64,000 nt of DNA from Desulfatiglandales bacterium (GCA_963662465.1 OY759599.1:7584001-7648000), one strand, 5' to 3'; numbered from the stretch's first letter, positions 51,186 through 61,568 are shown. Notes: a model not told the origin generated them from the sequence alone. Program-made: numbers and translations.

Positions 51186-52667
51186 TCAGATCAGGAAACT
51201 ATCCTTTATGATTTCTTTTGCTTTATGGTACTGGGGCTCACTCAAGGTAAGAGAACCATCCTCCCGGGTGAAGGGTGGTTCATCAATGGTGTAAATCCTT
51301 TCGGGCAGCGCCGCCTGCATCGCGATTCTTTCCGGCACCTCTGGAAGCACCCCGATGGCTTTTTGCACCTCATCGGGGAATTTCCCCGGATCAGCGGTTT
51401 CATATATGACCGCCAGGGCGTCGTGCTTTCCCCCAAGGAATGTGTCCAGGGCGCGCCATCCCACGGCCCCATGGGGTTCCATCATGATGCCGTGCTCGTA
51501 AACCTCCCGTATGGCGGTATAATGATCGGGATTGTTCACGCTCATGGACCAGAAATCCTTTCGCATGGTCCGAAGATCCGGCGGGATATCCATCACCCCT
51601 TCCTGAATCACCGTGCCCGCTTCATCCCGCTTATCATACACATGGCCGCCATAAAGATCAATGAGCCTGGCGAAATTGCTGGGGTTGGAAACGATCATGG
51701 CGGAAGATGGGGATTTCCGTGAAGGCTTCACCACGTAGGCGTCATTTTTCAGAAACTCGGGGAATTCATCGTTCTCATTGACCCCGCAGATAATCCGGGA
51801 AATGGGCAGTCCCATTTCCCGGGCCAGCACCGTTCCCATCATGTCCCCGAAATTTCCCGAAGGAACGCTTGCAATCATGGGCTCATCATATGCCGCCACC
51901 CGGGAATAGGCAAAAAACGGATAAACCGCCTGGGGCAGCAGCCGGCCCACGCTGATGCTGTTGGCGGAGGTAAAGCGATCCTCATCGTCAAAGATATCTT
52001 TTGCAAAGGGTTTATCTCCCAGAAGACGCTTGGCCAGGGCCTGGCACACATCGAAATCCCCATTTACCTCAAAGGCATACACATTCCCTCCAAGCGTGGT
52101 CATCTGCCGCCGCTGCCGTTCGGTGATGGATCCTTTGGGGAAAAACACGAGGTTGTCCACGCTGTCCAGTCCATGAAGGGCATCAGCCACGGCCCCTCCC
52201 GTGTCCCCGCTGGTGGCCACTGCCACCACCCGTTTGAGCCCGGACCGCTTCAAAAAATAATTGAGCATTCGACCGAAAAACCGGGCTGCGTAATCCTTGA
52301 AGGAGTAGGTGGGCCCGTGAGTAAGCCACATGATGTGGGTTCGGCCGGTCAGGTGCTGCATGGTGGTGGGGATAATGCTGTCGTCATAGGCGTCGTCCAG
52401 CATGGCTTGCAGGTCTTTTTCCGCCACCTCTGCGCCCAGAAACGGGTTCAGGACCTCAAAGGCAATCCGGGCATAGGGCTTACCCTTCATGGCTTTCAGG
52501 GTTTCCGGGGATAACCTGGGGATATCGTCTCTCTTCATCATGTAAAGGCCGTAATGAGAAGCCAGACCGTTCATGAGGGCCGTCTCGAAATTAGCGCGTT
52601 CTGATTTGTTGTTGGTGCTGTAAAAGGCAATGGTCTTCAAAATCAAACTCCCGTCATCGATCCTCAC
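51186..52667 (-). CDS. thrC: threonine synthase
   Basis: HGPTYSFKD, ATSGDTG, SANSI, VPSGNFG and ETADPGKF motifs. Confidence 0.93.
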   Translation of the reverse strand: MRIDDGSLILKTIAFYSTNNKSERANFETALMNGLASHYGLYMMKRDDIPRLSPETLKAMKGKPYARIAFEVLNPFLGAEVAEKDLQAMLDDAYDDSIIPTTMQHLTGRTHIMWLTHGPTYSFKDYAARFFGRMLNYFLKRSGLKRVVAVATSGDTGGAVADALHGLDSVDNLVFFPKGSITERQRRQMTTLGGNVYAFEVNGDFDVCQALAKRLLGDKPFAKDIFDDEDRFTSANSISVGRLLPQAVYPFFAYSRVAAYDEPMIASVPSGNFGDMMGTVLAREMGLPISRIICGVNENDEFPEFLKNDAYVVKPSRKSPSSAMIVSNPSNFARLIDLYGGHVYDKRDEAGTVIQEGVMDIPPDLRTMRKDFWSMSVNNPDHYTAIREVYEHGIMMEPHGAVGWRALDTFLGGKHDALAVIYETADPGKFPDEVQKAIGVLPEVPERIAMQAALPERIYTIDEPPFTREDGSLTLSEPQYHKAKEIIKDSFLI

Positions 52668-53185
52668 ATGGATTTAAAAGACTTCAAATATCGCCGGGCC
52701 AAGTCTTGATAAGTGGAAAGGCCGTCCTGGATCTGTTCTAATTGGGCAGGACTCGTCTCCTTTACCACCCGGGCGGGGGATCCCATGACCACGCTGTGGG
52801 ATGGAATTTCCATTTTGAAAGGGACGAAACTCCCGGCCCCGACTAGACACTCTGAGTGAATGATCACGTTATCACTGACGATGGCGCCCATTCCCACCAG
52901 CACATAAGAGTTGATCTCACACCCGTGCAGAATAGCGCCGTGCCCGACGTGTACATTCGGGTGAAGGATGACGGCGGTATCGGGGAAGGTATGGAATACG
53001 CAGTTATCCTGAACATTGGAGCCTTTCCCAATCCTAATGGACCCGATATCGCCCCGCAGCACGGCGCCGGCGCCCACATAACACTCCGCATCCACTTTTA
53101 CATCGCCGATCAATACGGCATCCGGATGCACAAAGGCCCTGGAATCGACCAGGGGGCTTCTATTTTCAAATTCATAAAAAGGCAT
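52664..53185 (-). CDS. gamma-carbonic anhydrase family protein (YrdA/PaaY-like)
   Basis: hexapeptide repeats; LRGD, NVQDN...H and VGHGAILHGC motifs. Confidence 0.92.
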   Translation of the reverse strand: MPFYEFENRSPLVDSRAFVHPDAVLIGDVKVDAECYVGAGAVLRGDIGSIRIGKGSNVQDNCVFHTFPDTAVILHPNVHVGHGAILHGCEINSYVLVGMGAIVSDNVIIHSECLVGAGSFVPFKMEIPSHSVVMGSPARVVKETSPAQLEQIQDGLSTYQDLARRYLKSFKSM

Positions 53186-53363
53186 TTTTACCACCATTAT
53201 TTATTGGTTTTTTCGAATATGGCTAAAACTGTGCCTGCATTCCTATCATGATATTCATTTCCTTTCAAGCACTTCCAACACCCGCAAAATAACCTGTTGG
53301 TCCGAACGATATTGTTATTGCTGAAGAATCTGATTTATAAATAAGGCCATCTTTAATTTACGG

Positions 53364-53567
53364 ACGCGCCTATCAGTAGATGAAGCCACGCAGCCAAGAG
53401 AAGAAGTGATCATTGCCAAAAATAATCTGCCGCTTGTTGAATTGGCGCCGCACAAACCCAAGGAAAAGCGTAAGCTTGGATTGCCGGCGGGGCAAATTGA
53501 AATACCTGATGATTTCATGGATGAGGATGCAGAAATAAATGCGATGTTCCATGGTAATCATCCATGA
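53364..53567 (+). pseudogene. Phd/YefM (VapB-like) antitoxin remnant
   Basis: reads TRLSVDEA...EEVIIAKNNLPLVEL...RKLG...GQIEIPDDF; no start codon in frame. Confidence 0.7.
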
Positions 53568-53817
53568 GCATCGCGAGTTGATGATTAAGTATCCCATTGG
53601 AAAAATTGATATTGATTTTGATCCGCTTGAAATGGCGAAAAAAATGAGAATTGAGATCCTGAATTTTTCCGGCTCTCACGCCATGTTGCTGGGTCAATTA
53701 CCGCTTCACCATAAGGATCCTTTTGACAGGATGATCATTTCCCAAGCTCTCTTAGATGGGCTTCCGCTGATGTCCGATGACGCCAAATTTCTGAAATATG
53801 ACTGTAACATTTTTTAA
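53564..53817 (+). pseudogene. VapC/PIN toxin remnant
   Basis: ATG overlapping the antitoxin stop reads MSIAS*; another frame carries LPLHHKDPFDRMIISQA; N-terminal LLDT motif absent. Confidence 0.75.
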
Positions 53818-53829
53818 ATATTCGGCTAT

Positions 53830-53988
53830 CTATATCCCGATATAGCCATTGTATCCCGCATACGCCAGGAGTTCGGAATTCGGAGCGTCCGGCCGCCCGA
53901 TATCAGACCAATGAATTGCCTCCAATCCGGCTTCTTCCAAAAAAGACACCTACGTCGGGGAAAGGTTCATATCTATCAGCAGTTTCAT
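53830..53988 (-). pseudogene. DUF5615 PIN-like toxin remnant
   Basis: MKLLIDMNLSPT*VSFLEEAGLEAIHWSDIG..DAP; in-frame TAG at 53950-53952 and 3' truncation. Confidence 0.78.
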
Positions 53989-54221
53989 CCTGATGCTGAT
54001 ACGAGCGGGACGTCTATTTCTTCAACACGCCATGCAGCGTAAGAAAGCGCCTCATCAATGTCTTCCGCCTCCAGATAAGGATACAGTTTTAGGATTTTCT
54101 CTTTACTGTGCCCCGAGGCAATAAGCCCGACAATCATTCCTACAGTCACACGCATACCTCGAATACAGGGTTTTCCTCCCATGATGTCGGCATTGAAAGT
54201 AATTCTGTTTAACGATATCAT
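53985..54221 (-). CDS. DUF433 domain protein (antitoxin-like)
   Basis: GGAGG RBS; IMGGKPCIRGMRVTV...YPYLEAEDI..AL.YAA. Confidence 0.92.
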   Translation of the reverse strand: MISLNRITFNADIMGGKPCIRGMRVTVGMIVGLIASGHSKEKILKLYPYLEAEDIDEALSYAAWRVEEIDVPLVSASG

Positions 54222-54422
54222 TTAAGACCTCCATCAATTGGCTATTTTCCCCGGAACAAGTATACTGCTTTACCCTTTTATTGCAAGCCTTTCCTTAACA
54301 ATATCCCCCACGCTCCCGAGAATATAGGTTGGCTGATAAGCGTATTTTACCAGGTCCTCTTCCACCACGTAATCGGGTTCAAGATCGTCGATGAAATCCC
54401 GATTGCCCATATCTCCATTTAG

Positions 54423-55837
54423 TTTCTAAGCCGCCTGTGCGGCGGTCAACTTGGCGGTAATGCGAATAACGCTCTGAACACTTTTCTAAGCCGCCTGTGC
54501 GGCGGTCAACCCACATCAACCCCAAAATATGGGTCGGTATCATTTCTAAGCCGCCTGTGCGGCGGTCAACACACGCAGTCCGCACGCGGGCTCAGGATTT
54601 TGTTTCTAAGCCGCCTGTGCGGCGGTCAACAATCGCAAAGATGAGTCCTGCAGAATTGGCAATTTCTAAGCCGCCTGTGCGGCGGTCAACGACGTTCATG
54701 CCTTCGTCGGTTTCCGGTGGTGTTTCTAAGCCGCCTGTGCGGCGGTCAACAGCGACTTTGCGGCTTCGGATGTCGATGGGTTTTTCTAAGCCGCCTGTGC
54801 GGCGGTCAACTAAAACTTGAATTTGTTGGTGATCCATTATCTTTTCTAAGCCGCCTGTGCGGCGGTCAACAAAGATGCAAGACCGGGATTACAGCAACGC
54901 TGGTTTCTAAGCCGCCTGTGCGGCGGTCAACACAAGAGCAGGATGCCGTGGATTCGGTTTTACTTTCTAAGCCGCCTGTGCGGCGGTCAACAGTTGAAAC
55001 CGGCATCAACTTTGTAACCGGAATTTCTAAGCCGCCTGTGCGGCGGTCAACCAATTTCGCCAGTTCCCAAACGTAATCATACATTTCTAAGCCGCCTGTG
55101 CGGCGGTCAACCGAGATACGGGCCTGGGGCCCCTGGCCGGACCATTTCTAAGCCGCCTGTGCGGCGGTCAACAATTTGATTTTATATAGATTACAAAAGG
55201 CCCGTTTCTAAGCCGCCTGTGCGGCGGTCAACTACGCAAGTGAGCCTACAGGTCATTCATATGATTTCTAAGCCGCCTGTGCGGCGGTCAACTCCGGTGA
55301 CCTTTGCGTCCGAGTTCAGCGACTTTTCTAAGCCGCCTGTGCGGCGGTCAACTTTGAACGATGCTGTATCAGCATGTAAATATTTTTCTAAGCCGCCTGT
55401 GCGGCGGTCAACCAGATGCCGGGACTCACCCGGCCCGAACGTCATTTCTAAGCCGCCTGTGCGGCGGTCAACACATTATTGCCCCTCGCAGTATTCAAAT
55501 TCGCGCTTTCTAAGCCGCCTGTGCGGCGGTCAACTTTCTTGAGAAACAGGAACGGTTATTTCATCATTTCTAAGCCGCCTGTGCGGCGGTCAACACATGC
55601 CAAAAACACTCAGTCAATCCCATATATTTTCTAAGCCGCCTGTGCGGCGGTCAACAATTACGGAGAAGCCGACCATATTTTCAGCCTTTTCTAAGCCGCC
55701 TGTGCGGCGGTCAACCGAATATCTACGTTTCGAATAACCCGGCGGACTTTTCTAAGCCGCCTGTGCGGCGGTCAACCGAATATCTACGTTTCGAATAACC
55801 CGGCGGACTTTTCTAAGCCGCCTGTGCGGCGGTCAAC
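54423..55837 (-). CRISPR. type I-F CRISPR array, 24 identical repeats and 23 spacers (32-34 nt)
   Basis: 28-nt repeat GTTGACCGCCGCACAGGCGGCTTAGAAA (minus strand) with CCGCC/GGCGG stem, adjacent to csy genes. Confidence 0.99.
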
Positions 55838-55966
55838 CTGTAACATTTTTTGAAAAAACTATGCGACAACGTAAACTTAAAAGAAATTGATCCAAAAAAC
55901 CAAAAAAATCATCCCAATTGCAAATGCTTGAAAACAATATGTTTTTAGGGAAATACTATTTTTAGG
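55838..55966 (-). promoter_or_regulatory. CRISPR leader
   Basis: AT-rich 129 nt between the cas6f stop and the first repeat; IHF-like TTTCAAGCATTTG. Confidence 0.8.
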
Positions 55967-56545
55967 TTAAAACAGCGGCACTGTGGTTGTATTGCTCAAC
56001 CCATAACAGGAATACAGGCCTGCTTGCGGCTGCTCCATTATCCGTCTTTCAATAAACAAACGAAACCGTTGACCGTTTGTTTGGCTGACCATATTAATAT
56101 AAGGCAAACTGCTGAGTTGTTTTTTAAAATCTTTATAATGTACCAGGGCCTGCTGCAATGTTTCCCCTTTACGTTTGGCTCGGCGCCTTGCCAGATTCTC
56201 CTTGTTGCCTTTAGGTTTGATGTGCTTGAAACAAGCGTGCCCCGCTAATTTTTCAGGCACAGGTTTGATGTGGCTTAAATAGAGATAGTCGCTGAGACGT
56301 TTAAGCCATCTTTCACAGCACATTTGCTCCAACAATTTCTCTTCTTCTGCAAACAGTTGCAGTTTTGTACCAAGAGAGTATTTGCCGGCATCGTATTCAG
56401 GAAAAGCCAAACCAATTGCGGATGCGTTATCTGCTCTTTTGTTTTCAACCAAAGCAAGGTGAATCTGTTGATAAAATTTTTGCCAAAGAAAATACAGGCC
56501 TATATCCGCATTGGGTAGCACTGATATTTCTTGATAGTAGTTCAT
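55967..56545 (-). CDS. cas6f: type I-F CRISPR endoribonuclease Cas6f/Csy4
   Basis: IHLALV catalytic His, Arg-rich helix, LPYI.M.S.TNGQ.F.LFI, YGLS...TVPLF. Confidence 0.95.
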   Translation of the reverse strand: MNYYQEISVLPNADIGLYFLWQKFYQQIHLALVENKRADNASAIGLAFPEYDAGKYSLGTKLQLFAEEEKLLEQMCCERWLKRLSDYLYLSHIKPVPEKLAGHACFKHIKPKGNKENLARRRAKRKGETLQQALVHYKDFKKQLSSLPYINMVSQTNGQRFRLFIERRIMEQPQAGLYSCYGLSNTTTVPLF

Positions 56546-56554
56546 CCTCGCTCC

Positions 56555-57604
56555 TTATTTGTCGCTTTTGCCGAATACACCACCACGTACCAGAACAGCC
56601 ATAACGTAGTGTTCATCCTCAACGCGGTCAAGTTTCTCGCCTCGTGCGAATTTATCAAAGAAAGTGTAGAAATCTTTTTTATCTTTTGTAGGATGACGGA
56701 AAGCTTTACCAAGGTTTGTCACTGCGCCATAAGGCTCAACAGCAATAGGGCCTACTGAGTTTTCCGGATCACCAAAGTCGGGATACCAAGTATCGATAGT
56801 GCGCAATGCGTTGCCGATTTTTTGCGAGTGCATTGCGGCAATGTCGTTAACGGAATACAGGATTTTACTTTTTTTGGATTTGCTATTGCCCTTATCCAAT
56901 ACCAATTCCTCGCTGGGATAGATTTCCTGCGCTTTTCCGACTTTGGCGAAACAAGTGATTTCCAGCATCAAAAAATCATTATCACTCGATAGTGCTGCGG
57001 CAATACGCTTCGCCAATGTTTCTATTTGCTCATCATCAATATTAAAATTTTTTGTAGTGAAGTTGGCTGAATCAAATACCCAAAACTTCTCAGATCCTTT
57101 GTTTAAAGCTTCCACCTGCACTTCTATGTTCTCAGTGCCAACTCGATTACGCCATAAAAAACGTGCATTAGCGATGTTTATTGCATATCTTTTTGCTAAC
57201 TCTCTAAATTTTCTTTCACTTATATAGTTTTTTGCTGCTGCGTAGTAACTCTTGTTAAAGGCAGCGTTATTGCAGGCGGATGGATATACAACGCCCCCCA
57301 AAACCTTTAATGTGAAATGTAGCTTCAGTGTATCTTGTTCCGTCCCCAAAGCACTTACATCAACTGTCTGCAAATTAGGATTTTCCACTTTTGCATCGAG
57401 TTTTGCAGGATCTTTTTCAAATGCTGCTTGATCTTTTTTATTCGGTCTGTTTGAGATTGTTCCTCGGACTGACTTTTCAATCAGCTTCAAAGGCGTAGCT
57501 TGCTCGTTTCGCCGATCCCATGTGGTGCCATACATCCGCCCATCTGACGGCACTAATTTCTTTTCAAACGCCAGTACTGATGCGATGTTCTCTTTTTTGG
57601 CCAT
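56555..57604 (-). CDS. cas7f: type I-F Cascade backbone Cas7f/Csy3
   Basis: SVLAFEKKL, KSVRGTISN, NARFLWRN, HSQKIGNALRTIDTWY. Confidence 0.96.
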   Translation of the reverse strand: MAKKENIASVLAFEKKLVPSDGRMYGTTWDRRNEQATPLKLIEKSVRGTISNRPNKKDQAAFEKDPAKLDAKVENPNLQTVDVSALGTEQDTLKLHFTLKVLGGVVYPSACNNAAFNKSYYAAAKNYISERKFRELAKRYAINIANARFLWRNRVGTENIEVQVEALNKGSEKFWVFDSANFTTKNFNIDDEQIETLAKRIAAALSSDNDFLMLEITCFAKVGKAQEIYPSEELVLDKGNSKSKKSKILYSVNDIAAMHSQKIGNALRTIDTWYPDFGDPENSVGPIAVEPYGAVTNLGKAFRHPTKDKKDFYTFFDKFARGEKLDRVEDEHYVMAVLVRGGVFGKSDK

Positions 57605-57883
57605 GACTTTTTTCTCCTAAATCTTGGGCGCTAACCAAAATGGAACCAGTTTTGCTACTCCAAACGGAACCAGATATTGCGCACTGGTCTTTTCCTTTTA
57701 GAAGGGTTTTCTTGTAAATTTGTTAGAGGTTGCATGAAAGAGTATATCAGATGGTATTTTAAAAATGCTGGTGAGACACGTAGCGTTCTGGTTGAAGAAT
57801 CAGTGATGAGGATACCATCAATATGGTGATGGCAGAGAAGAGGGGATTAGATTTTTCGGTTAAGGGCAATGCTTATTGAGGAA

Positions 57884-58093
57884 CTATTTGTCTATGTCAT
57901 AGTCGTCCGGTAAATTCAGGAGGCCTCCCTTCGCCAATTGATCCTCAATCAAATATCCAATTTCCCCGTTTTTTTTCAGCTGTAGAATCATCCATTTGGG
58001 GAGACGAATGGTGAGCAGTTCACGTCTCAAATGTTCCGGTTTCTTTCTTCGGCCGGCGCCTACCCGTTTTCCACCTCTCATTTCAAGCTCCAA
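57884..58093 (-). CDS. small putative DNA-binding protein (RGGxRxGAGR plus RHH-like)
   Basis: RGGKRVGAGRRKK followed by TIRLP strand-helix; start may be the internal Met. Confidence 0.65.
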   Translation of the reverse strand: MELEMRGGKRVGAGRRKKPEHLRRELLTIRLPKWMILQLKKNGEIGYLIEDQLAKGGLLNLPDDYDIDK

Positions 58094-58179
58094 GACAAGG
58101 TAATTTCTGATATTCGTGTAACGAGATTCAAACAGACCGGTGATATTCAGACCTCAAAACCGGCCCTTTGGCGAACATC

Positions 58180-58899
58180 TCATTTTCTGAGGGAAGGACC
58201 ATCAATATGAATGTTGATGCAGCGATGGTTGAGACGATCCAGCAAGGCATCGACCATGTCCTTTGGTTCAAGCAGCGAATACCATTGTTCAGGTTGAAGA
58301 TTGGTCGTAATAATTGTGGACCGACCGGCTTCATAGCGATCTTTCATGAGTTTAAAAAAGGCGTTCATCTGCTCTTTTTTGAGGGTCAGGTATCCCAGTT
58401 CATCGAGCAGAAGCAGGTCATATCTGCAAAGGGCATTGAGGAGTTTCGGGGTGGACCGATCTGCCAAAGACGCATAGAGCTGATCCAGCAAATCCTGAAC
58501 ATTATAAAAACGCCCCCGGTACCCGGCAATAATGGCTTGACGAAGGATCCCCACGGCCAATCCCGTTTTGCCGACGCCGGTTTTTCCATGGAACACGATG
58601 TTTTCTCTTCGGCTGATAAAGTCAAGGCCGGACAACGTCATGATCCGGCTCTTCTGTATTCCCGGCTGAAGATCAAACGGAAAGGAGTTGAGGGTCCATT
58701 CCCATGGAAGCTTTGCAATCTGGACCCGATAGATCATGCTGCGCTCCTGCCGGAAACGTAATTCCTCAGCCAGGAGATTGTAGATGACCTCGTGAATGGA
58801 AAAACCGTTCTTTTCAGCCGAAGCCAACTGTTCTTCGAGAGCCTTCAGCATGCCTTTAAACTTCAAATCAATGAGTAACTGTTCAATTTTCTTTTTCAT
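58180..58899 (-). CDS. istB: IS21 helper ATPase IstB
   Basis: GKTGVGKT, LLLLDELGY, STIITTN and ALLDRL.H motifs. Confidence 0.95.
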   Translation of the reverse strand: MKKKIEQLLIDLKFKGMLKALEEQLASAEKNGFSIHEVIYNLLAEELRFRQERSMIYRVQIAKLPWEWTLNSFPFDLQPGIQKSRIMTLSGLDFISRRENIVFHGKTGVGKTGLAVGILRQAIIAGYRGRFYNVQDLLDQLYASLADRSTPKLLNALCRYDLLLLDELGYLTLKKEQMNAFFKLMKDRYEAGRSTIITTNLQPEQWYSLLEPKDMVDALLDRLNHRCINIHIDGPSLRK

Positions 58900-60278
58900 A
58901 GATCAAAAAAGTCTCCCGCGATATAATCGAGAATAATGTTTTCCAGACGCGACAAATCAAAAAGTCCATATTTAAGCGCCTGTGTTATGGCTTTCAAAAA
59001 AGGTTCCCCGGGATAAGTGCGTTTCAGATGAAGCAACCGACGTAACTTGACCACACCGCGACCGTGACTTCTTTTCTTCAGTTCAGCCACATACTCATCC
59101 AGGATGGCATCCTCTCCCGTCAACAGCTGTTCTTCTTTTGAAGGGATTCGGGGATCTTTTTTTCTTCGAATGGGAACATGGTGACCGGGCAGGGTTGTTC
59201 GGGTGTTGCGTTTATCCAGTATGCGGTCATGTTCCGCCACTTTTGTGTTTTTGTCGTAAACGATGACCTTGAGCCAATGTTTCTGTACTTCCAGGGAGTT
59301 CCCAATCAGCGCTTCAGGGACTGAATAGCGGTTGGTGTCCAAGTGCACATATCCCTGAACATCGGCTACCCTGTGTTCTGCCACATAGACTGGCGGCTGG
59401 TATGCCGGTAAATCAATGAGATATGGCTTTTCAATGACATAGGCCTCATCCGGCGTCATCCCTAAAGCCCGTTTAAACTTTTTATCGCTTGTATTCCGGC
59501 ACCAGTCGATTGCCTGCCGGTTCAAATCCTGCCAGCTAACAAATGTTCTACCGGGAAGAAAATTGTTTTCCACAAAATGAAAAGGCCTTTCCACACGGGC
59601 ACTTCGATTGGCGTCTCCTACAGCATGGGCCTCAAACCGGGTTCCATACATATCGCCGAAGTATTTCATTTCAGGCGCAATCAATGCATCAGGCCCGGTG
59701 CCGCCGGCCACAATAACATTGGTGTTGTCAACCATGCACCGGGAACACACCCCGTCCATAAACTCGAATGCTTTTTTTAGGAAAACCTTGCACTCAAACC
59801 GGGTAAAACAGGGGTAATACTGAATAAAAATCCTTCGGCAAAAGGCCAGGGTCAGGGACGCGCACTGGGTCGACATTTTTTTCCCATTAATGACAACCAG
59901 ATGGGGTGACGTATCATGCTGCATCTCCTGACCGGGTTTAAAATGGTATTGGCCCGCCCGTCTTTTTTTACGTTCCCGGATCTCGTACTTTCTCATAATC
60001 CAGGTCAGACTCTGATAAGGGATTTTGATCTGTTGGCGGCTTTCCAGTTCCTCGGCTACTCGCACGGCATTTCCTTTACATTCCTTGAAAAGCTCGCGGA
60101 TCAACGGGACATGTTCTTCATACCGGGAGTTCCTTTGGGGTACCGCCTCTTCGTCATGATCATCTAAAACCTTCGTGACGGTATTGCGACCGGCCTTCAG
60201 GGTTTTGGCGATGTCGCGCAAACTCATGCCGGTTTTTTTCAATTCCACAATGGCATCTTTTTTGGATTGTCGGATCAT
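58896..60278 (-). CDS. istA: IS21-family DDE transposase IstA
   Basis: N-terminal HTH; PGQEMQHD, VDN, RVER triad; NRYSVP C-terminal domain. Confidence 0.92.
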   Translation of the reverse strand: MIRQSKKDAIVELKKTGMSLRDIAKTLKAGRNTVTKVLDDHDEEAVPQRNSRYEEHVPLIRELFKECKGNAVRVAEELESRQQIKIPYQSLTWIMRKYEIRERKKRRAGQYHFKPGQEMQHDTSPHLVVINGKKMSTQCASLTLAFCRRIFIQYYPCFTRFECKVFLKKAFEFMDGVCSRCMVDNTNVIVAGGTGPDALIAPEMKYFGDMYGTRFEAHAVGDANRSARVERPFHFVENNFLPGRTFVSWQDLNRQAIDWCRNTSDKKFKRALGMTPDEAYVIEKPYLIDLPAYQPPVYVAEHRVADVQGYVHLDTNRYSVPEALIGNSLEVQKHWLKVIVYDKNTKVAEHDRILDKRNTRTTLPGHHVPIRRKKDPRIPSKEEQLLTGEDAILDEYVAELKKRSHGRGVVKLRRLLHLKRTYPGEPFLKAITQALKYGLFDLSRLENIILDYIAGDFFDL

Positions 60279-61159
60279 AATTGGGTCGCTTTCTTGAGTT
60301 CCAGTGCTTGTTTTTCTATCTTTTTCACCCAGGTTTTGAGCGTTTGTTTCTTCAACTGATCGCTTTTTGGGTAATGGACATGCGAAACGGTTTTCACCAG
60401 ACGTTTGAGAACCGCATATGCCATTTCAATATCCTTGAACCATTTGCCTTCCGGTCCATCATGAACTTCTTTGGCTTGTTTAGACTGGGTTCTTTGTTCG
60501 AGAACTTTTATGAAAAGGGATGGATTTTCCAGCATGTGGTCTCGAACAGACCGGTTGCTTTTCTGGTAATGTGCGTAGAAACGGGCCAGTTCCCTTGTGG
60601 ATAGAGGTTCTTTTTCCAGGTGGGCCAACAGTTTTTGTGCGTCTTCACCGTTGGCGCGCGCCAACGGCGCCATGACACGGCTGGCAGCCCAGGTTGAAAG
60701 TGAGCCTGCAATCACGGTTCTCAAAATATTTTCCGGCAGGGCTTCAACCAGGTCCAGCCGCCGTTTTACAAAACTCTTGTCGCGCCCTATTCGGGTTGCA
60801 ATATGGGAGAGGCTGCACCCAAAACGCCGATGTAATTCCTGAAGTAAAACAGACTGCTCAATGACTTCCCATTGCCGTTCATTGGCCTTGGTTAAAAGCG
60901 AAAACATGGCATTTTGTTCGTTTTCTTTTGAGAATTGGACACATATCCGGTCCTTTCCACAAGCACAAAGCGCTCGAACACGCAGGTAGCCATCAATCAG
61001 AATCAGTTTGTCTTTTTCTTCAATAGCCAGGGCCGGAACGATCTGCCCGTAAGTTTCGATGGAATCCCTCAATCGCTTTAAAGCCTGGTGATTCATTATC
61101 CGGCAATGAGCGTAACGCAACTCCAGCAAATGAATATCAACGGTTCGGATGGATTCCAT
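60275..61159 (-). CDS. ParB/Srx N-terminal domain plus HTH protein
   Basis: L..SI..YGQIVP, LIDGYLRVRAL, HTH LSHIATRIGRDKSFVKRRL. Confidence 0.85.
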   Translation of the reverse strand: MESIRTVDIHLLELRYAHCRIMNHQALKRLRDSIETYGQIVPALAIEEKDKLILIDGYLRVRALCACGKDRICVQFSKENEQNAMFSLLTKANERQWEVIEQSVLLQELHRRFGCSLSHIATRIGRDKSFVKRRLDLVEALPENILRTVIAGSLSTWAASRVMAPLARANGEDAQKLLAHLEKEPLSTRELARFYAHYQKSNRSVRDHMLENPSLFIKVLEQRTQSKQAKEVHDGPEGKWFKDIEMAYAVLKRLVKTVSHVHYPKSDQLKKQTLKTWVKKIEKQALELKKATQL

Positions 61160-61556
61160 ACCCAGTCTCCCGAAAGATTTCCTCTATGGTTTCTCCAAGA
61201 CTGACCCAATTTCCTTGCCGGATCTCCTTTACCTGTTTCACAATCACAGGACGTCTGGGAAGCGAAAGAACCTGAAACAGACGGCCATCAAACCCAATCA
61301 GATCCTTGTCCAACAAGCCATCGCGGGCATCGATATATTGATCCAAATGCACCTTTAAAATCCGGCAGATTCTGTCGTAACCATAATAAGAGAGCCCGTT
61401 TTTGTCAGATACCAACACCAGAAAAATGTAGAGCAGCAGCTCATGATGATTCAGGCTCTCCCAAAAGCCGTTTCTCAAAAAACGATGCTCCAGAAAGCCG
61501 AAGCTTCCATTGATGACACGCACTCTTTCGGGAAAAAGGACTCTTTTTTTGATCAT
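61137..61556 (-). CDS. putative winged-helix protein
   Basis: AGGAG RBS; ELLLYIFL...GLSYYGYDRIC..L......ARDGL...DLI pattern. Confidence 0.72.
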   Translation of the reverse strand: MIKKRVLFPERVRVINGSFGFLEHRFLRNGFWESLNHHELLLYIFLVLVSDKNGLSYYGYDRICRILKVHLDQYIDARDGLLDKDLIGFDGRLFQVLSLPRRPVIVKQVKEIRQGNWVSLGETIEEIFRETGYGIHPNR

Positions 61557-61568
61557 TTTTTTCTCCTG

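Noticed and set aside
53539..53817. 92-aa ORF as an intact VapC
   Set aside because: The N-terminus is out-of-frame antitoxin sequence and lacks the first catalytic Asp.
53868..53885. GGAGTTC GGAATTC GGAG heptamer-like run
   Set aside because: Explained by the coding sequence (APNSEL) of the DUF5615 pseudogene on the minus strand.
54379..55542. ORFs with repeating VDRRTGGLE/SKPPVRRST peptides
   Set aside because: They are translations of CRISPR repeats with 60-nt periodicity.
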